A stretch of DNA of 37,698 nt from Acidimicrobiia bacterium. GTDB lineage: Bacteria > Actinomycetota > Acidimicrobiia > Spongiisociales > Spongiisociaceae. Under the pieces are notes generated by a model that saw nothing but the letters and a program-made list of their open reading frames with translations, was not told the origin of the DNA and made no database searches. The position numbers and the translations under genes were made by a program. Shown here piece after piece: positions 9,855 through 19,052 of the stretch. Numbering within the stretch: the stretch's first letter is position 1; every line of letters starts with the position of its first letter. The stretch lies in assembly GCA_041576165.1 (NCBI GenBank), contig JBFGLM010000044.1, forward strand, positions 1-37,698. The letters are read 5' to 3'.

Positions 9855-10070
9855 GAGTACTCCTGGGAGATGGCGCCGTTCGGTCAGGATGTGCCCTCCA
9901 TGCGACTCCGTATCGGCGATCAGCCGATGTTAGGTGACTGGGAGGTCAGGTCCCGGCCGATTTCGGCTCGGCCGGCGGTGACTAGCCGACTCCTGGTCGG
10001 CTCCTAATGGACGCTGCGACGCTCGGGGCCTGGCGAGATGCGAGCGATACCATGTTTCCTGTCGGCTCAG
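9844..10070 (-). promoter_or_regulatory. Candidate translational attenuator leader of the ABC-F gene
   Basis: Inverted repeats 9844-9853/9892-9901 and 9861-9865/9885-9889 cover the ATG and SD. Further hairpins at 9912-9928, 9953-9975 and 9984-10002. uORFs at 10053-9982 and 9901-9884. Confidence 0.6.
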
Positions 10071-10147
10071 GCAATATCACTACCCGCGACATCGATCCTA
10101 CGCTGCGTGATATAACGGCGGCGGCGGCGGCGGGGGGTGTCCGGGGC

Positions 10148-10972
10148 ATGCGCTTCGGCATCATGCGGGCCCTGGCCGGCCTCACACTCTTGCTGCACAC
10201 CTTTCTGTACGGCATGGTTGCGGCGGACGCGGGCTGGGGCGCCGGGGAACGAATTCATTTCACCAGCGCCGTCATCGCCTGGGCACTCACGGCGGTGCCC
10301 CTATTGGCGTTGCTGGTGCGCCCGGCGCGTGCTGCCGTGGTCGATCAGTTGCTGGCGGGCGCGTTGATGATCTTGGCCCTCCTGGTGGTGGTCGGAAACC
10401 CCGACAACCACGGTGGCCAGGCCGGGCCGTACGACCCCGTCTACCTGATCGTCTTCGGGCTTCCCGTCGTTGTCGCGATTCTCGCCCGCCGTAACACAGC
10501 GGCCAGCTTCTCCGTCCGCTGGCCGCTGGTTACGGTCTCGCTGCTGGCGGCCGCGCCGGCCGCTATCGCAGCGGTCAATCAAGAGCTGCTCCAGCGCAAC
10601 AGCTGGCCGCCAGTCCTGGATCCGCACCACAACGGCCACTGGATGGTGGCGGGCATGGCGATTCTGGCGCCGGTCGTGGCAGCCGCAGTCGCCGCACTCG
10701 GCCGCCGCGGCTGGCGCCTCCCGCTGTGGACCGCGGGGATCACCGCCATCGTTTTGGGAACCGTGTCGGTGGCCTTTCCCGCCGATGCCTCTTCGCTGGG
10801 CCGGGGCTGGGGCGGCGCGCTCGCGTTGTGGGGCGTTGCCCTGCTGACCATAGGCGGCGGCACCGCGTCCCCACCTCCATGGGCTGGAGCCGGTCGCCGG
10901 CGCCACCAGGAGGGCGGGGGCGGCCGGTTCGGGGGCAGTCAGGAGTATCTGTTTGATCCGATGCAATTCTGA
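10148..10972 (+). CDS. Hypothetical multi-pass membrane protein
   Basis: About 8 hydrophobic segments with polar loops (DNHGG, DPHHNGHW). ATG 10148 chosen over 10007. Confidence 0.7.
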   Translation: MRFGIMRALAGLTLLLHTFLYGMVAADAGWGAGERIHFTSAVIAWALTAVPLLALLVRPARAAVVDQLLAGALMILALLVVVGNPDNHGGQAGPYDPVYLIVFGLPVVVAILARRNTAASFSVRWPLVTVSLLAAAPAAIAAVNQELLQRNSWPPVLDPHHNGHWMVAGMAILAPVVAAAVAALGRRGWRLPLWTAGITAIVLGTVSVAFPADASSLGRGWGGALALWGVALLTIGGGTASPPPWAGAGRRRHQEGGGGRFGGSQEYLFDPMQF

Positions 10973-11066
10973 GCGTCCAGCCGTCCTTCCTCCTCGGGAC
11001 CGTCCATCTCGCAGGCTGGACCCCAGACGGAGCAGGGCCGGGACTTCCCGGCCTTGCTCCGTTTCT

Positions 11067-12431
11067 TTACGGACAGGGTGCCGGCAGCAGGTGCGTCCCT
11101 GTCGCGAAGTCGGTGAAGCGACAGCCGTAGTCGGGTGCGGCCACCGCCGCCGGGTCCAGCACCACATCACCGGCCGGCTTGACTCCGAATTCGACCCACG
11201 CCACCAGATCGACGAACGCCGTCACGAGTTCGGTCGGAGTGAAGTCACAGTGACCCACACCGCGAATCGCTCGCTGGACGAGGAGGTCACTGGCGCCGTG
11301 AGCTGCGACCTCGGCGGCGTAGACAACCTCGTTGTGAAACGGCACGAAGAGGTCGCCCAGGTTGTGCAGCGACAGTACCGGTCGGGTGATGTTGCCGCTG
11401 ATGGGTGGGACGTTGGCGAGCCGGCGGGCGGCCCGGGCGTTCGGATCGGCCGCCACCCGGAAGATGTCATCGTTCAGATCCTGCTCAGCCGGGCTCAGCG
11501 CCGGATCGAGGTCAAGCTGGTAGACAGCATCAGTGTTGTCGAGGACCACCCCGGGCCGGCCCGGCAGCGTTCCGTCGCCGGTGCCGAGATCAAACAGGAA
11601 GTTGCCGGGAATCCCCGATCCGAACTCGGGCACGCTGTTCCAGAACCCCCACGCCTCGTCGAAGTTGGGCCGGTCGCCGCCCGAGCGCAGCTCTACCAGC
11701 TGTTTGAACCCCTCACCCGTGGCATTGAGCGCCACCGGCCATGAACCGGGGAAAGCTTCGAGCTCGGCCTTGATGTCCTGGGCCGTGACGAGCGAATAGG
11801 TGACCGGATCAGAAACCGGGAACGAGGATTCGCCGAGGGCCAGCTGCTGGGCCGCCAGGTTGAAATCCAGGAAGAAGTCGAACAGTTCGAAGTCTCCCAT
11901 TACGCCGCAGATTGGCATCGCCCCCGCATATACCGTGGGAAACGTCTCGATGGACACGCCGGTGATGTGGCCCCCCATCGATGCCCCGGTTATGTAGGTC
12001 AGGTCCGGCTCGCCGAACATTCGCCGGAACTTGCGGACGAGCAGCCGCGTGTCCTTGACGCCCACCTGGACGTTGTAGTCGTTGGCCGAGTAGCTCGATG
12101 CCGCCCAGGCGTAGCCGTTGAGGATCAGGAACTCGCGGAGGGGATGATTGTCGACGGTCAACTCCAGACCAGTGCCGCGGAAGCCGTGCGCCCACATGAC
12201 CAGACGCCCGTTCCAATTGGAGGGGACTTCCATGCGGAAACCGGCACCCTCCAGCACACCCCACGTGCGCTGGCTGTCTTCGAACCCAGGGAGCGGGTCG
12301 AAGGGCAGCTTCGATTCGTCAACGAACCAGGCTGGTTCCGGCTCGGGCGGGGGCCGGTGCTTGGCCGCCGCCACCGGCATCACCGTTCCGACCAGAATGG
12401 TGCTCACGAGAATCGTCAGGAATCTCCGCAT
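11067..12431 (-). CDS. Secreted alpha/beta-hydrolase (phthalyl-amidase/tannase-like)
   Basis: Signal peptide MRRFLTILVSTILVGTVMPVAAA; motifs WNGRLVMWAHG, GYAWAASSY, nucleophile GASMGG, HNLGDLFVP, GHC. GGAGGAG SD. Confidence 0.78.
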   Translation of the reverse strand: MRRFLTILVSTILVGTVMPVAAAKHRPPPEPEPAWFVDESKLPFDPLPGFEDSQRTWGVLEGAGFRMEVPSNWNGRLVMWAHGFRGTGLELTVDNHPLREFLILNGYAWAASSYSANDYNVQVGVKDTRLLVRKFRRMFGEPDLTYITGASMGGHITGVSIETFPTVYAGAMPICGVMGDFELFDFFLDFNLAAQQLALGESSFPVSDPVTYSLVTAQDIKAELEAFPGSWPVALNATGEGFKQLVELRSGGDRPNFDEAWGFWNSVPEFGSGIPGNFLFDLGTGDGTLPGRPGVVLDNTDAVYQLDLDPALSPAEQDLNDDIFRVAADPNARAARRLANVPPISGNITRPVLSLHNLGDLFVPFHNEVVYAAEVAAHGASDLLVQRAIRGVGHCDFTPTELVTAFVDLVAWVEFGVKPAGDVVLDPAAVAAPDYGCRFTDFATGTHLLPAPCP

Positions 12432-12560
12432 AACTCTCCTCCCACGGAGGCCCCGCCGGGAGTGACGGCGCGGGCCGGAACGTACGGTACCCGACAATCC
12501 AGCGCTTGCGCGGCCGACCTGCACCTCGGGAGAAGGTGCCGGAAGCGGCGAGGTGCCGGC

Positions 12561-13586
12561 TCAGGTTGCAGGGAAGGGCAGCTGCCACCACCAGGGCGTG
12601 TCGGACGGTTCGATCTGGGTCACCCACTTGACCCACCAGAAGCCGCGTCGACCCGGCGCCACCAGGCGGGCGGGGAATCCGTGCCCAGGGCTGAGCGGTT
12701 CGCCACCAACATGGGTGGCAAGCCACAGGTTTCTGAGATCGCGGGCGGGAAAGCGGCGTCCGTATCCGGTGGCCGAGCGCACAGCAAGAGACCGATGGTC
12801 ACCGAGATCGATCAGCTGGTCGAGGCGCACGCCCGTCCAGTCCTGATGCGAGTACCACGCGCTGGTGCAATCGAGCGTCGCTGTGATTGTCTGTTGGGGA
12901 AGGCGGCTGAGGTCGGCCAATGTCAATGACCGATCGCCCACGCGGAGACGCCAGTCCTCGGCAGCCAGGTGCTGGGTGCGGTCGTCCAGCCACGACGTGA
13001 CGGGCATGCGCGCCGGGTCAAAGCTCCCTCGCTCATGCGAGCCGGTGAAGCGGCGCTTCCCCCCTACCAGTCCGAGTCCGTCCAGGCCTGCCTCGAGACT
13101 GATCCATCCAATCGAGGCCGCAGATGCGAGCCCGGCAGTTCGTAGGAACACTCGACGGTCGGCATCCTGGCGGCGGAGGCGCACTGGATGCGCCCGGAAA
13201 TGGGCGGCGACCAGGACCAGGGAGATCAGCGCGCTGCCGATGTGGACCTGCATCACCGTCAGCGGCCCCAGCTTGTTCTGATAGCCGGTGGCATGCAGCA
13301 AACCGGTGGCGAGGGTTGCGAAAACCAGGATGAGAAGCGTGAGCGAAATCCACGTCGCTGGTGTCCAACGCTTGAGCCCTCGCCGTACGATCATGGATTT
13401 CCACGGCGCCAGCACTGCGATGGCGAGCGCGACCACCCCATGGATCGTGGCCGGGTCGAGGAGCCAATCGGTGCCGATCGTATTCGAAAACAGCCCCGTG
13501 GCCACCCCGACCGGTAACAGAACGAGCAATGCCAGGTTGGTGCGCCGGCCGCTCGCCTTTCGACCGCGGCGGCGCATCAACGCCAT
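12561..13586 (-). CDS. Molybdopterin-dependent oxidoreductase (sulfite oxidase/MsrP-like) with N-terminal TM domain
   Basis: TLDCTSAWYS..WTGVRL and GEPLSPGHGFPARLVAPGRRGFWWVKWVTQIE; His-containing TM helices at the N-terminus. Confidence 0.85.
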   Translation of the reverse strand: MALMRRRGRKASGRRTNLALLVLLPVGVATGLFSNTIGTDWLLDPATIHGVVALAIAVLAPWKSMIVRRGLKRWTPATWISLTLLILVFATLATGLLHATGYQNKLGPLTVMQVHIGSALISLVLVAAHFRAHPVRLRRQDADRRVFLRTAGLASAASIGWISLEAGLDGLGLVGGKRRFTGSHERGSFDPARMPVTSWLDDRTQHLAAEDWRLRVGDRSLTLADLSRLPQQTITATLDCTSAWYSHQDWTGVRLDQLIDLGDHRSLAVRSATGYGRRFPARDLRNLWLATHVGGEPLSPGHGFPARLVAPGRRGFWWVKWVTQIEPSDTPWWWQLPFPAT

Positions 13587-13598
13587 GATGGCCTCACC

Positions 13599-14471
13599 TC
13601 AGCGGCGGTGATCCCACCAATCCCGGATGGCCAGGACGGCTTCTTCTCCGGCATCGTCCTGCCAATAATGGCCTGCGCCCTGCAGTATGTGGACGTGGTG
13701 GCGGGGGAGTAACGATTTCCAGCGCTCGAGTTCCTCCTTGCCGAACGCCAGATCCTTGTTGGCCCAGAGCAGCAGCGCGGGCAGGCTCGTGATCCGGTCG
13801 AGCTTCGATTCGAGGTCGGCGAGGAATGGGCGAGCCTCGATGATCTCCCGAGGGAAGACCTGCACTGGAATCCGCGATTCCTCATCGGGAAATGGTCCTT
13901 TGTACATTGCCACTTCCGCCGCTTTGAGCGACCGGCGGCGCATGGACCGGGGTATCAGCTGACCCACGAAGATGTTGAGCTTGCGCGTAAGGAACGTCCC
14001 GGTCCTTTCACCACCCATCAGCTCCGAGAAACGTGCCGCCCGTTTCGTGTCGTTGGGCCACGCCCACGTGTTGCCGATGATGAGGCTCGTGTAACGCGCA
14101 GGGTCGTCGACTGCCGCGCCGAGCCCTATCGGCCCGCCCCAGTCCTGCACGATTGGGGTGATGTCGCGCAAGTCGAGATGCTCAACCAACTGGCGCACGA
14201 TCCGGGAATGTTCGGCGGCGGTGAAACCGTAGCCTGCCCCACCGGTGGAGAGGCCGAACCCCGGATAGTCGATCGCGACACAGCGAAATCGGTCGGACAG
14301 TCCGGCAATCAATCTTCGATAGAGAAAGCTCCACGTCGGGTTGCCGTGGAGCATCAGAAGTGTCGGGCCCGAGCCCTGATCCACGTAGTGCACTGAACAG
14401 CCGTCGATGTCCGCCCAGTGTGACTCGACGGGAAAGATGCTTGTGTCGAACCAGTCAGGTCGAATAGTCAT
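13599..14471 (-). CDS. Haloalkane-dehalogenase-like alpha/beta hydrolase
   Basis: HYVDQG, LHGNPTWSFLYR, DYPGFGLS, nucleophile QDWGGPIG, GNTWAWP, catalytic AGHYWQDD. Confidence 0.88.
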   Translation of the reverse strand: MTIRPDWFDTSIFPVESHWADIDGCSVHYVDQGSGPTLLMLHGNPTWSFLYRRLIAGLSDRFRCVAIDYPGFGLSTGGAGYGFTAAEHSRIVRQLVEHLDLRDITPIVQDWGGPIGLGAAVDDPARYTSLIIGNTWAWPNDTKRAARFSELMGGERTGTFLTRKLNIFVGQLIPRSMRRRSLKAAEVAMYKGPFPDEESRIPVQVFPREIIEARPFLADLESKLDRITSLPALLLWANKDLAFGKEELERWKSLLPRHHVHILQGAGHYWQDDAGEEAVLAIRDWWDHRR

Positions 14472-14541
14472 GACTCGCAGCCTATCGCAGCGTCACGCCG
14501 GCTGAACACGCCGGACACCACACCCCCGGTACGATTTGGGC

Positions 14542-15285
14542 GTGGACCCTGATCCGAGCCCGGACATCATCCGCCAGCAGATCGACTACTACCGAGCCCG
14601 CGCTCCCGAATACGACGAGTGGTGGCAGCAGGAGGCGCGATACGACTTCGGCCGCCACGTCAGGTCGGAGTGGAAGGCGGACATCTCCCAGCTGGAGGGC
14701 TGGCTTGACACTTTTGACCTGTCGGGCGCTGTCCTCGAAATCGCGGCAGGTACCGGAAACTGGACCACCTTTCTCGCTTCCCGGGCCGCCCGGGTGGTGG
14801 CGGTCGACACGTCGCCGGAGTCCCTCGACATCAATGCGGGAAAGCAAACAAGCGACAACGTCGAATACGAGGTGGCCGAGGTGTTCAGCTGGGAGCCGAC
14901 AGAGGCCTTCGGCACAGTCTTCTTCGCTTTCTGGTTGAGCCATGTCCCGACCGAGCGCTTTGCTGATTTCTGGTCGGTGGTCGATCGAGCACTGGCCCCC
15001 GGCGGGATGGTCTTGGTGATCGACAGTGCGCACCCCGAACACAGCCGCGCTCACGGCCCACCGTTCACAAGAGATTCGGCACGGGTCGTGGCACAAACTG
15101 GAACATCGGTAGACCTGAACGCGGAGCGATCCTCCCGCCGCCTGGCCGATGGTCGAAGTTACACGATTGTCAAGAAGTTCTGGCAGCCGCCGGACCTGAC
15201 CGCCGCGCTCGCCGGCCTCGGCTGGGCGGCCGAAGTGGGCACCACCAGCTGGGCATTCCTCCACGCCGCAGCGACCCGCGCCTGA
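14542..15285 (+). CDS. Class I SAM-dependent methyltransferase
   Basis: YYRARAPEYDEWW, VLEIAAGTGNWT, VVAVDTS, FFAFWLSHVP, ALAPGG. TACGAT box just upstream of GTG 14542. Confidence 0.88.
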   Translation: MDPDPSPDIIRQQIDYYRARAPEYDEWWQQEARYDFGRHVRSEWKADISQLEGWLDTFDLSGAVLEIAAGTGNWTTFLASRAARVVAVDTSPESLDINAGKQTSDNVEYEVAEVFSWEPTEAFGTVFFAFWLSHVPTERFADFWSVVDRALAPGGMVLVIDSAHPEHSRAHGPPFTRDSARVVAQTGTSVDLNAERSSRRLADGRSYTIVKKFWQPPDLTAALAGLGWAAEVGTTSWAFLHAAATRA

Positions 15286-15325
15286 TCCCCCATCGCCTAC
15301 TCGTAGGTGGGAGTGGCTGCTGCGA

Positions 15326-16534
15326 TTAGTCCGGTTGCTGGTCGGCCACGTCGATGGGGTTCTCGGCCATCGACAGGTGCAGGTCGTCTCCCTCGTAAGG
15401 GTGGGCCCTGGCGATGTCTTCATCCAGTTCCACGCCGAGGCCGGGGGCCGTGGGCGGAAGAACGTGGCCGCGTTCCCACTGGACCGGGGCCTTCAAGAGC
15501 TGGGCGTGGAAGCCACCCCAGTCGCGAACGCTCTCGAGAATCAGGAAGTTGGGAGAACAGGTGGCAACCTGGACATTGGCGGCCCCCACGATGGGACCGC
15601 AGTAGAGATGGGGAGCAATCTGCGCGTTGTGGGCCTCGGCCATGCCGGCGACCTTCTTCGCCTCCAGAATACCTCCTACTCGGCCAAGGTTGAACTGGAT
15701 GATGGATGCCGCTCCCGCCTCGAGCACCCGGGCGAACTCGACCTTGGTCGTGAGGCGCTCGCCGGTCGCAATGGGAATGGAGGTCTGGCGCGCGACCCGG
15801 GCCATGCCGGCGATGTCATCGGGCGGGGTCGGCTCCTCAAACCACAACGGGTCGTAGGGCTCCAACCGACGGGCCAGCCGCGTTGCGCCTGATGGCGTGA
15901 ACTGACCGTGCGTCCCGAACAGCAGGTCGGCGTCGGTACCCACCGCCTCGCGGATGGCGGCCACGAATTGGACCGACAACTCGAGTCGTTCAAGCGAGGG
16001 TTGATGCCCTCCCATCACCGTGTAGGGGCCGGCTGGGTCGAATTTGACTGCGGTGAATCCCCGAGCAACTTCCTCGGCGGCCCGCCGGGCGGCCAGCTCC
16101 GGATCCAAGTACACGTCGGTCTCGTCGGTAGGTTCCGGATAGAGGTAGGTGTACGAGCGGAGCCGTTCGTGCACCCGCCCGCCCAGCAGGTTGTAGATCG
16201 GCTGGTCCAGGGCCTTGCCCACGATGTCCCAGCAGGCCATCTCGAGGGCGCTCATCGTCCCTTGCAGCGAGATGTCCGGCCGGTGGGTGAAGCCCCGCCC
16301 GTATGCCCGCCGCCAGAACCGTTCTATCTCGAACGGGCTGGTCCCTATCAGGTGCCGCTCGGCAACGTCGACCAGCATGGCCGCCACCACCCGGGGATGA
16401 AATGTGGCGGCGTACGCCTCGCCGTAGCCGCTGATCCCGTCGTCTGTCGTCAGCTTCACGAACGTGAAGTAGCGCCCGCCGAATGACGGCGGTGGGTTCT
16501 CGACCACGAACGTCTCGACCTGCGCGACCTTCAT
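15326..16534 (-). CDS. Mandelate racemase / muconate lactonizing enzyme family protein (galactonate dehydratase-like)
   Basis: GYGEAY, SALEMACWDIVGKALDQPIYNLLGG, GFTAVKFDP, LWFEEP, IPIATGERL, IAPHLYCGP, PGLGVE. Confidence 0.9.
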   Translation of the reverse strand: MKVAQVETFVVENPPPSFGGRYFTFVKLTTDDGISGYGEAYAATFHPRVVAAMLVDVAERHLIGTSPFEIERFWRRAYGRGFTHRPDISLQGTMSALEMACWDIVGKALDQPIYNLLGGRVHERLRSYTYLYPEPTDETDVYLDPELAARRAAEEVARGFTAVKFDPAGPYTVMGGHQPSLERLELSVQFVAAIREAVGTDADLLFGTHGQFTPSGATRLARRLEPYDPLWFEEPTPPDDIAGMARVARQTSIPIATGERLTTKVEFARVLEAGAASIIQFNLGRVGGILEAKKVAGMAEAHNAQIAPHLYCGPIVGAANVQVATCSPNFLILESVRDWGGFHAQLLKAPVQWERGHVLPPTAPGLGVELDEDIARAHPYEGDDLHLSMAENPIDVADQQPD

Positions 16535-16609
16535 GCTCGTCGCAAGTTAGCCACACGCGCCCGAGGGCGGGACCGAGATCCCACCCTGTGAGCGCCAGGC
16601 GGATTCCGT

Positions 16610-17092
16610 TCAAACGGAAGGTTGGATGGCAATCTCGAGTCCGCCGACATCCCATGCTCGGATCGGGCCCCGTCGGGTCTTGTACATACCGGTCCCCTCC
16701 AGGTAGGCGACACCGTGGCCATGCGCCCGGAATGTGATGTCACCCTCCATCTCGATGAGGAAGTGACTGCCGCGGACCGCCAGCCAGCCTTCGTAATCGT
16801 TGAGCTCGACATCGGGACCAACCGACTCCGTCAGGGCTTCATCGGAGCCTTCGGCCCGGAGGCGAACCTCGAAATCATCACCGAGGTTGGTGATGGCGAC
16901 GTCGCCAGCCACCTTCATTTTGATCCAGCCGCCCATGTCGAGGGTGGCGTTGCCGGTGCCTTTGGCCGCGAGCCATCCACGTCCCGCGACGTCGGCTTTG
17001 CCGCCCTCTTCCTGGGCGCCGGCCACCGCGGTCATCCCGAGAACCATCACGGCGACCAGCGCCGCCACCAAAGTGATTCGCTTCAGCCGCAT
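16610..17092 (-). CDS. Hypothetical secreted beta-rich protein
   Basis: Signal peptide MRLKRITLVAALVAVMVLGMTAVAGA, AAAGGAG SD, Gly-rich beta-strand pattern. Confidence 0.75.
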   Translation of the reverse strand: MRLKRITLVAALVAVMVLGMTAVAGAQEEGGKADVAGRGWLAAKGTGNATLDMGGWIKMKVAGDVAITNLGDDFEVRLRAEGSDEALTESVGPDVELNDYEGWLAVRGSHFLIEMEGDITFRAHGHGVAYLEGTGMYKTRRGPIRAWDVGGLEIAIQPSV

Positions 17093-17184
17093 CCTGTCTC
17101 CTTTCGTGCGGTTGTCGATTGCACGATCGAACACGCCGGTTCGAGAGGGATAGGCCGGTTGTTAAGAGTTTGCGCAGCTCGGGC

Positions 17185-17568
17185 TCAGCCGAGGACGATG
17201 AAGGCACCCGCCGCGGTCGCCGCCAGCTTGCCCCGTGAGTCCCAGGCCTGGCCCTGGACCTGCATGACTTTGCGGCCCGGGTGAACGACCTCGACCTCGA
17301 CCGTCAGTCGTCCCGGCCCGACCATGCGGATGAAACGCTGCGACACCTCGATGGTGGCGATGTCGATGCTGGAGTCGATCACCGAGTGGATGGCATAGCC
17401 CATCACTGTGTCGAACACGACGAAGACGAGGCCGCCGTGCATGCGGCCGGCACCCGAGAAGTGCTGCTCCGTCACGGTCATGGTGCCGACGGCTTTGCCT
17501 TCGCTCGTAACCTCGATATCGAGGCCGAGGAATTCGTAGATGGGCGCAGTGCTTCGATCAAAGGCCAT
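17185..17568 (-). CDS. PaaI family thioesterase (hotdog fold)
   Basis: FLGLDI..GRMHGGLVFVVFDTVMG..ATIEVSQRFIR..HPGRKV..GKLAATAAGAF. Confidence 0.85.
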   Translation of the reverse strand: MAFDRSTAPIYEFLGLDIEVTSEGKAVGTMTVTEQHFSGAGRMHGGLVFVVFDTVMGYAIHSVIDSSIDIATIEVSQRFIRMVGPGRLTVEVEVVHPGRKVMQVQGQAWDSRGKLAATAAGAFIVLG

Positions 17569-17729
17569 GGCCAACGGGACCATACACACCAGCGAACGGG
17601 ATGGCTGGGTCGGGCCACGAAAGGGTCGTCGTCCTGAGCGCCGATGGTGAGATTCGCACGGGATCACCTGGCGGTCTTCGCAGTGCGGCATCGACCGTAC
17701 GTCGTAAGCTGGTGCGCCACTTCGGGCGG

Positions 17730-18974
17730 CTAGGCATCCATGTCGATGTCGTCCGGTATCCGCCACTTTGCGAACTTGGGGAAGAACTTGGCGACCACGA
17801 GAGCACCGAGTGCGGCCGCCAGACCTCCCGACCAGGCGGCCACTCGGGGCGAGAACAGCGCAGCCACGGTGCCGGCCTCAGCGTCTCCCACCCGCGGGCC
17901 TCCGGCGACAACTGCGATCTGGACAGCCGAGAGACGTCCTCGGAGCCGGTCGGGCGTCGTGACCTGGAGGATTGTCTGGCGAAACACTGCGGACAGCGCG
18001 TCTGCGCCGCCCGCGATCGCCAGCGTGGTCACGGCGAGCGCGAGCGATGATGTGATGCCGAACGCGGCAATGGACAGGCCCCAGCCGATGACGGCGATGA
18101 CGGTGGCCCGGCCCGACGCCCGGACCCGGGAGATGCGGCCCGAAAAGAGCCCGGCCAGCAATGCCCCCGCCGCGGGTGCGGCGAACAGCAACCCCACAGT
18201 GGCCTCGTCGCCGCTCAGGATTTCGGTACCCCACTCGGGAAACAACGCCCTGGGCATGCCGAACACCATTGCGGCGATATCGATGATGAAGATGCCCTGG
18301 AGCGGTTGCGAGCCGCGCAGAAATCGCAGACCCTCACCGATCGACCGGAAACCCGGCTTGGTGCCACCGCCGGCCGGCCGGAGCGGATTCATCAGCACGA
18401 GGCTGACCAGCGCCGCTGCGAACGTAATGGTGTCACCCCAGTACGCCGCGGCCAGGCTGGCGCGGGCAATGACAAGCCCGCCCAGCGCGGGTCCAACTGC
18501 AGCGGCCGTCTGGAACATCAGGACCTGCAATGCAAAGGCCGCAGGGAGACGGGGGAGGCTCACGATCTTCGGGACCGACGCGCTGCGAGCGGGTGAGTCA
18601 ACCGCCGACCCGAATGCATTGGCCATCGTGAGCGCGTAGACGAGCCACACCTGGGGCGCGGCCGCCATCGCGTTGAGCGCCAGCCCGGCGGTCGTCGCCG
18701 CCATGAAAACCTGCGCGAGCATGAGTATCCGTCGCCGGTCGAATGCGTCGGCCAAAGTTCCGCCCAGGAACGAACCGACCAGCAACGCCGGGAACTGGGC
18801 GAGCCCCAACATACCCACCGCGAAGGTCTGGCCGGTGAGGTCGAAGACCTGGATCGAGCTGGCGACGATGGTCAGCTGCCGGCCGACCAGGGAGATCACC
18901 TGACCGGTGAATAGGAGGCGGTACTCCCGGAACTCCCTGATGGGGGATATGTCGACGAATAGTGACCGAAGCAG
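17730..18974 (-). CDS. MFS transporter (EntS/MFS_3-like); start codon anomalous
   Basis: GGTLADAFDRRR motif A, AMVFGMPRALFP, LRGRLSA, GGPRVGDAEAG. The family-like N-terminus (LLRSLFVDISPIREFREYRLLFTGQ) extends upstream of the ORF-track start at 18899, to about CTG 18974. Confidence 0.85.
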   Translation of the reverse strand: MLRSLFVDISPIREFREYRLLFTGQVISLVGRQLTIVASSIQVFDLTGQTFAVGMLGLAQFPALLVGSFLGGTLADAFDRRRILMLAQVFMAATTAGLALNAMAAAPQVWLVYALTMANAFGSAVDSPARSASVPKIVSLPRLPAAFALQVLMFQTAAAVGPALGGLVIARASLAAAYWGDTITFAAALVSLVLMNPLRPAGGGTKPGFRSIGEGLRFLRGSQPLQGIFIIDIAAMVFGMPRALFPEWGTEILSGDEATVGLLFAAPAAGALLAGLFSGRISRVRASGRATVIAVIGWGLSIAAFGITSSLALAVTTLAIAGGADALSAVFRQTILQVTTPDRLRGRLSAVQIAVVAGGPRVGDAEAGTVAALFSPRVAAWSGGLAAALGALVVAKFFPKFAKWRIPDDIDMDA

Positions 18975-19052
18975 GGCGACCTCACGGCATGGAGACCCGA
19001 CAGTATGCCAAGCGCTGCGCCCGTTGGAGTCACCATCGCCGGGCGCGCCCTG

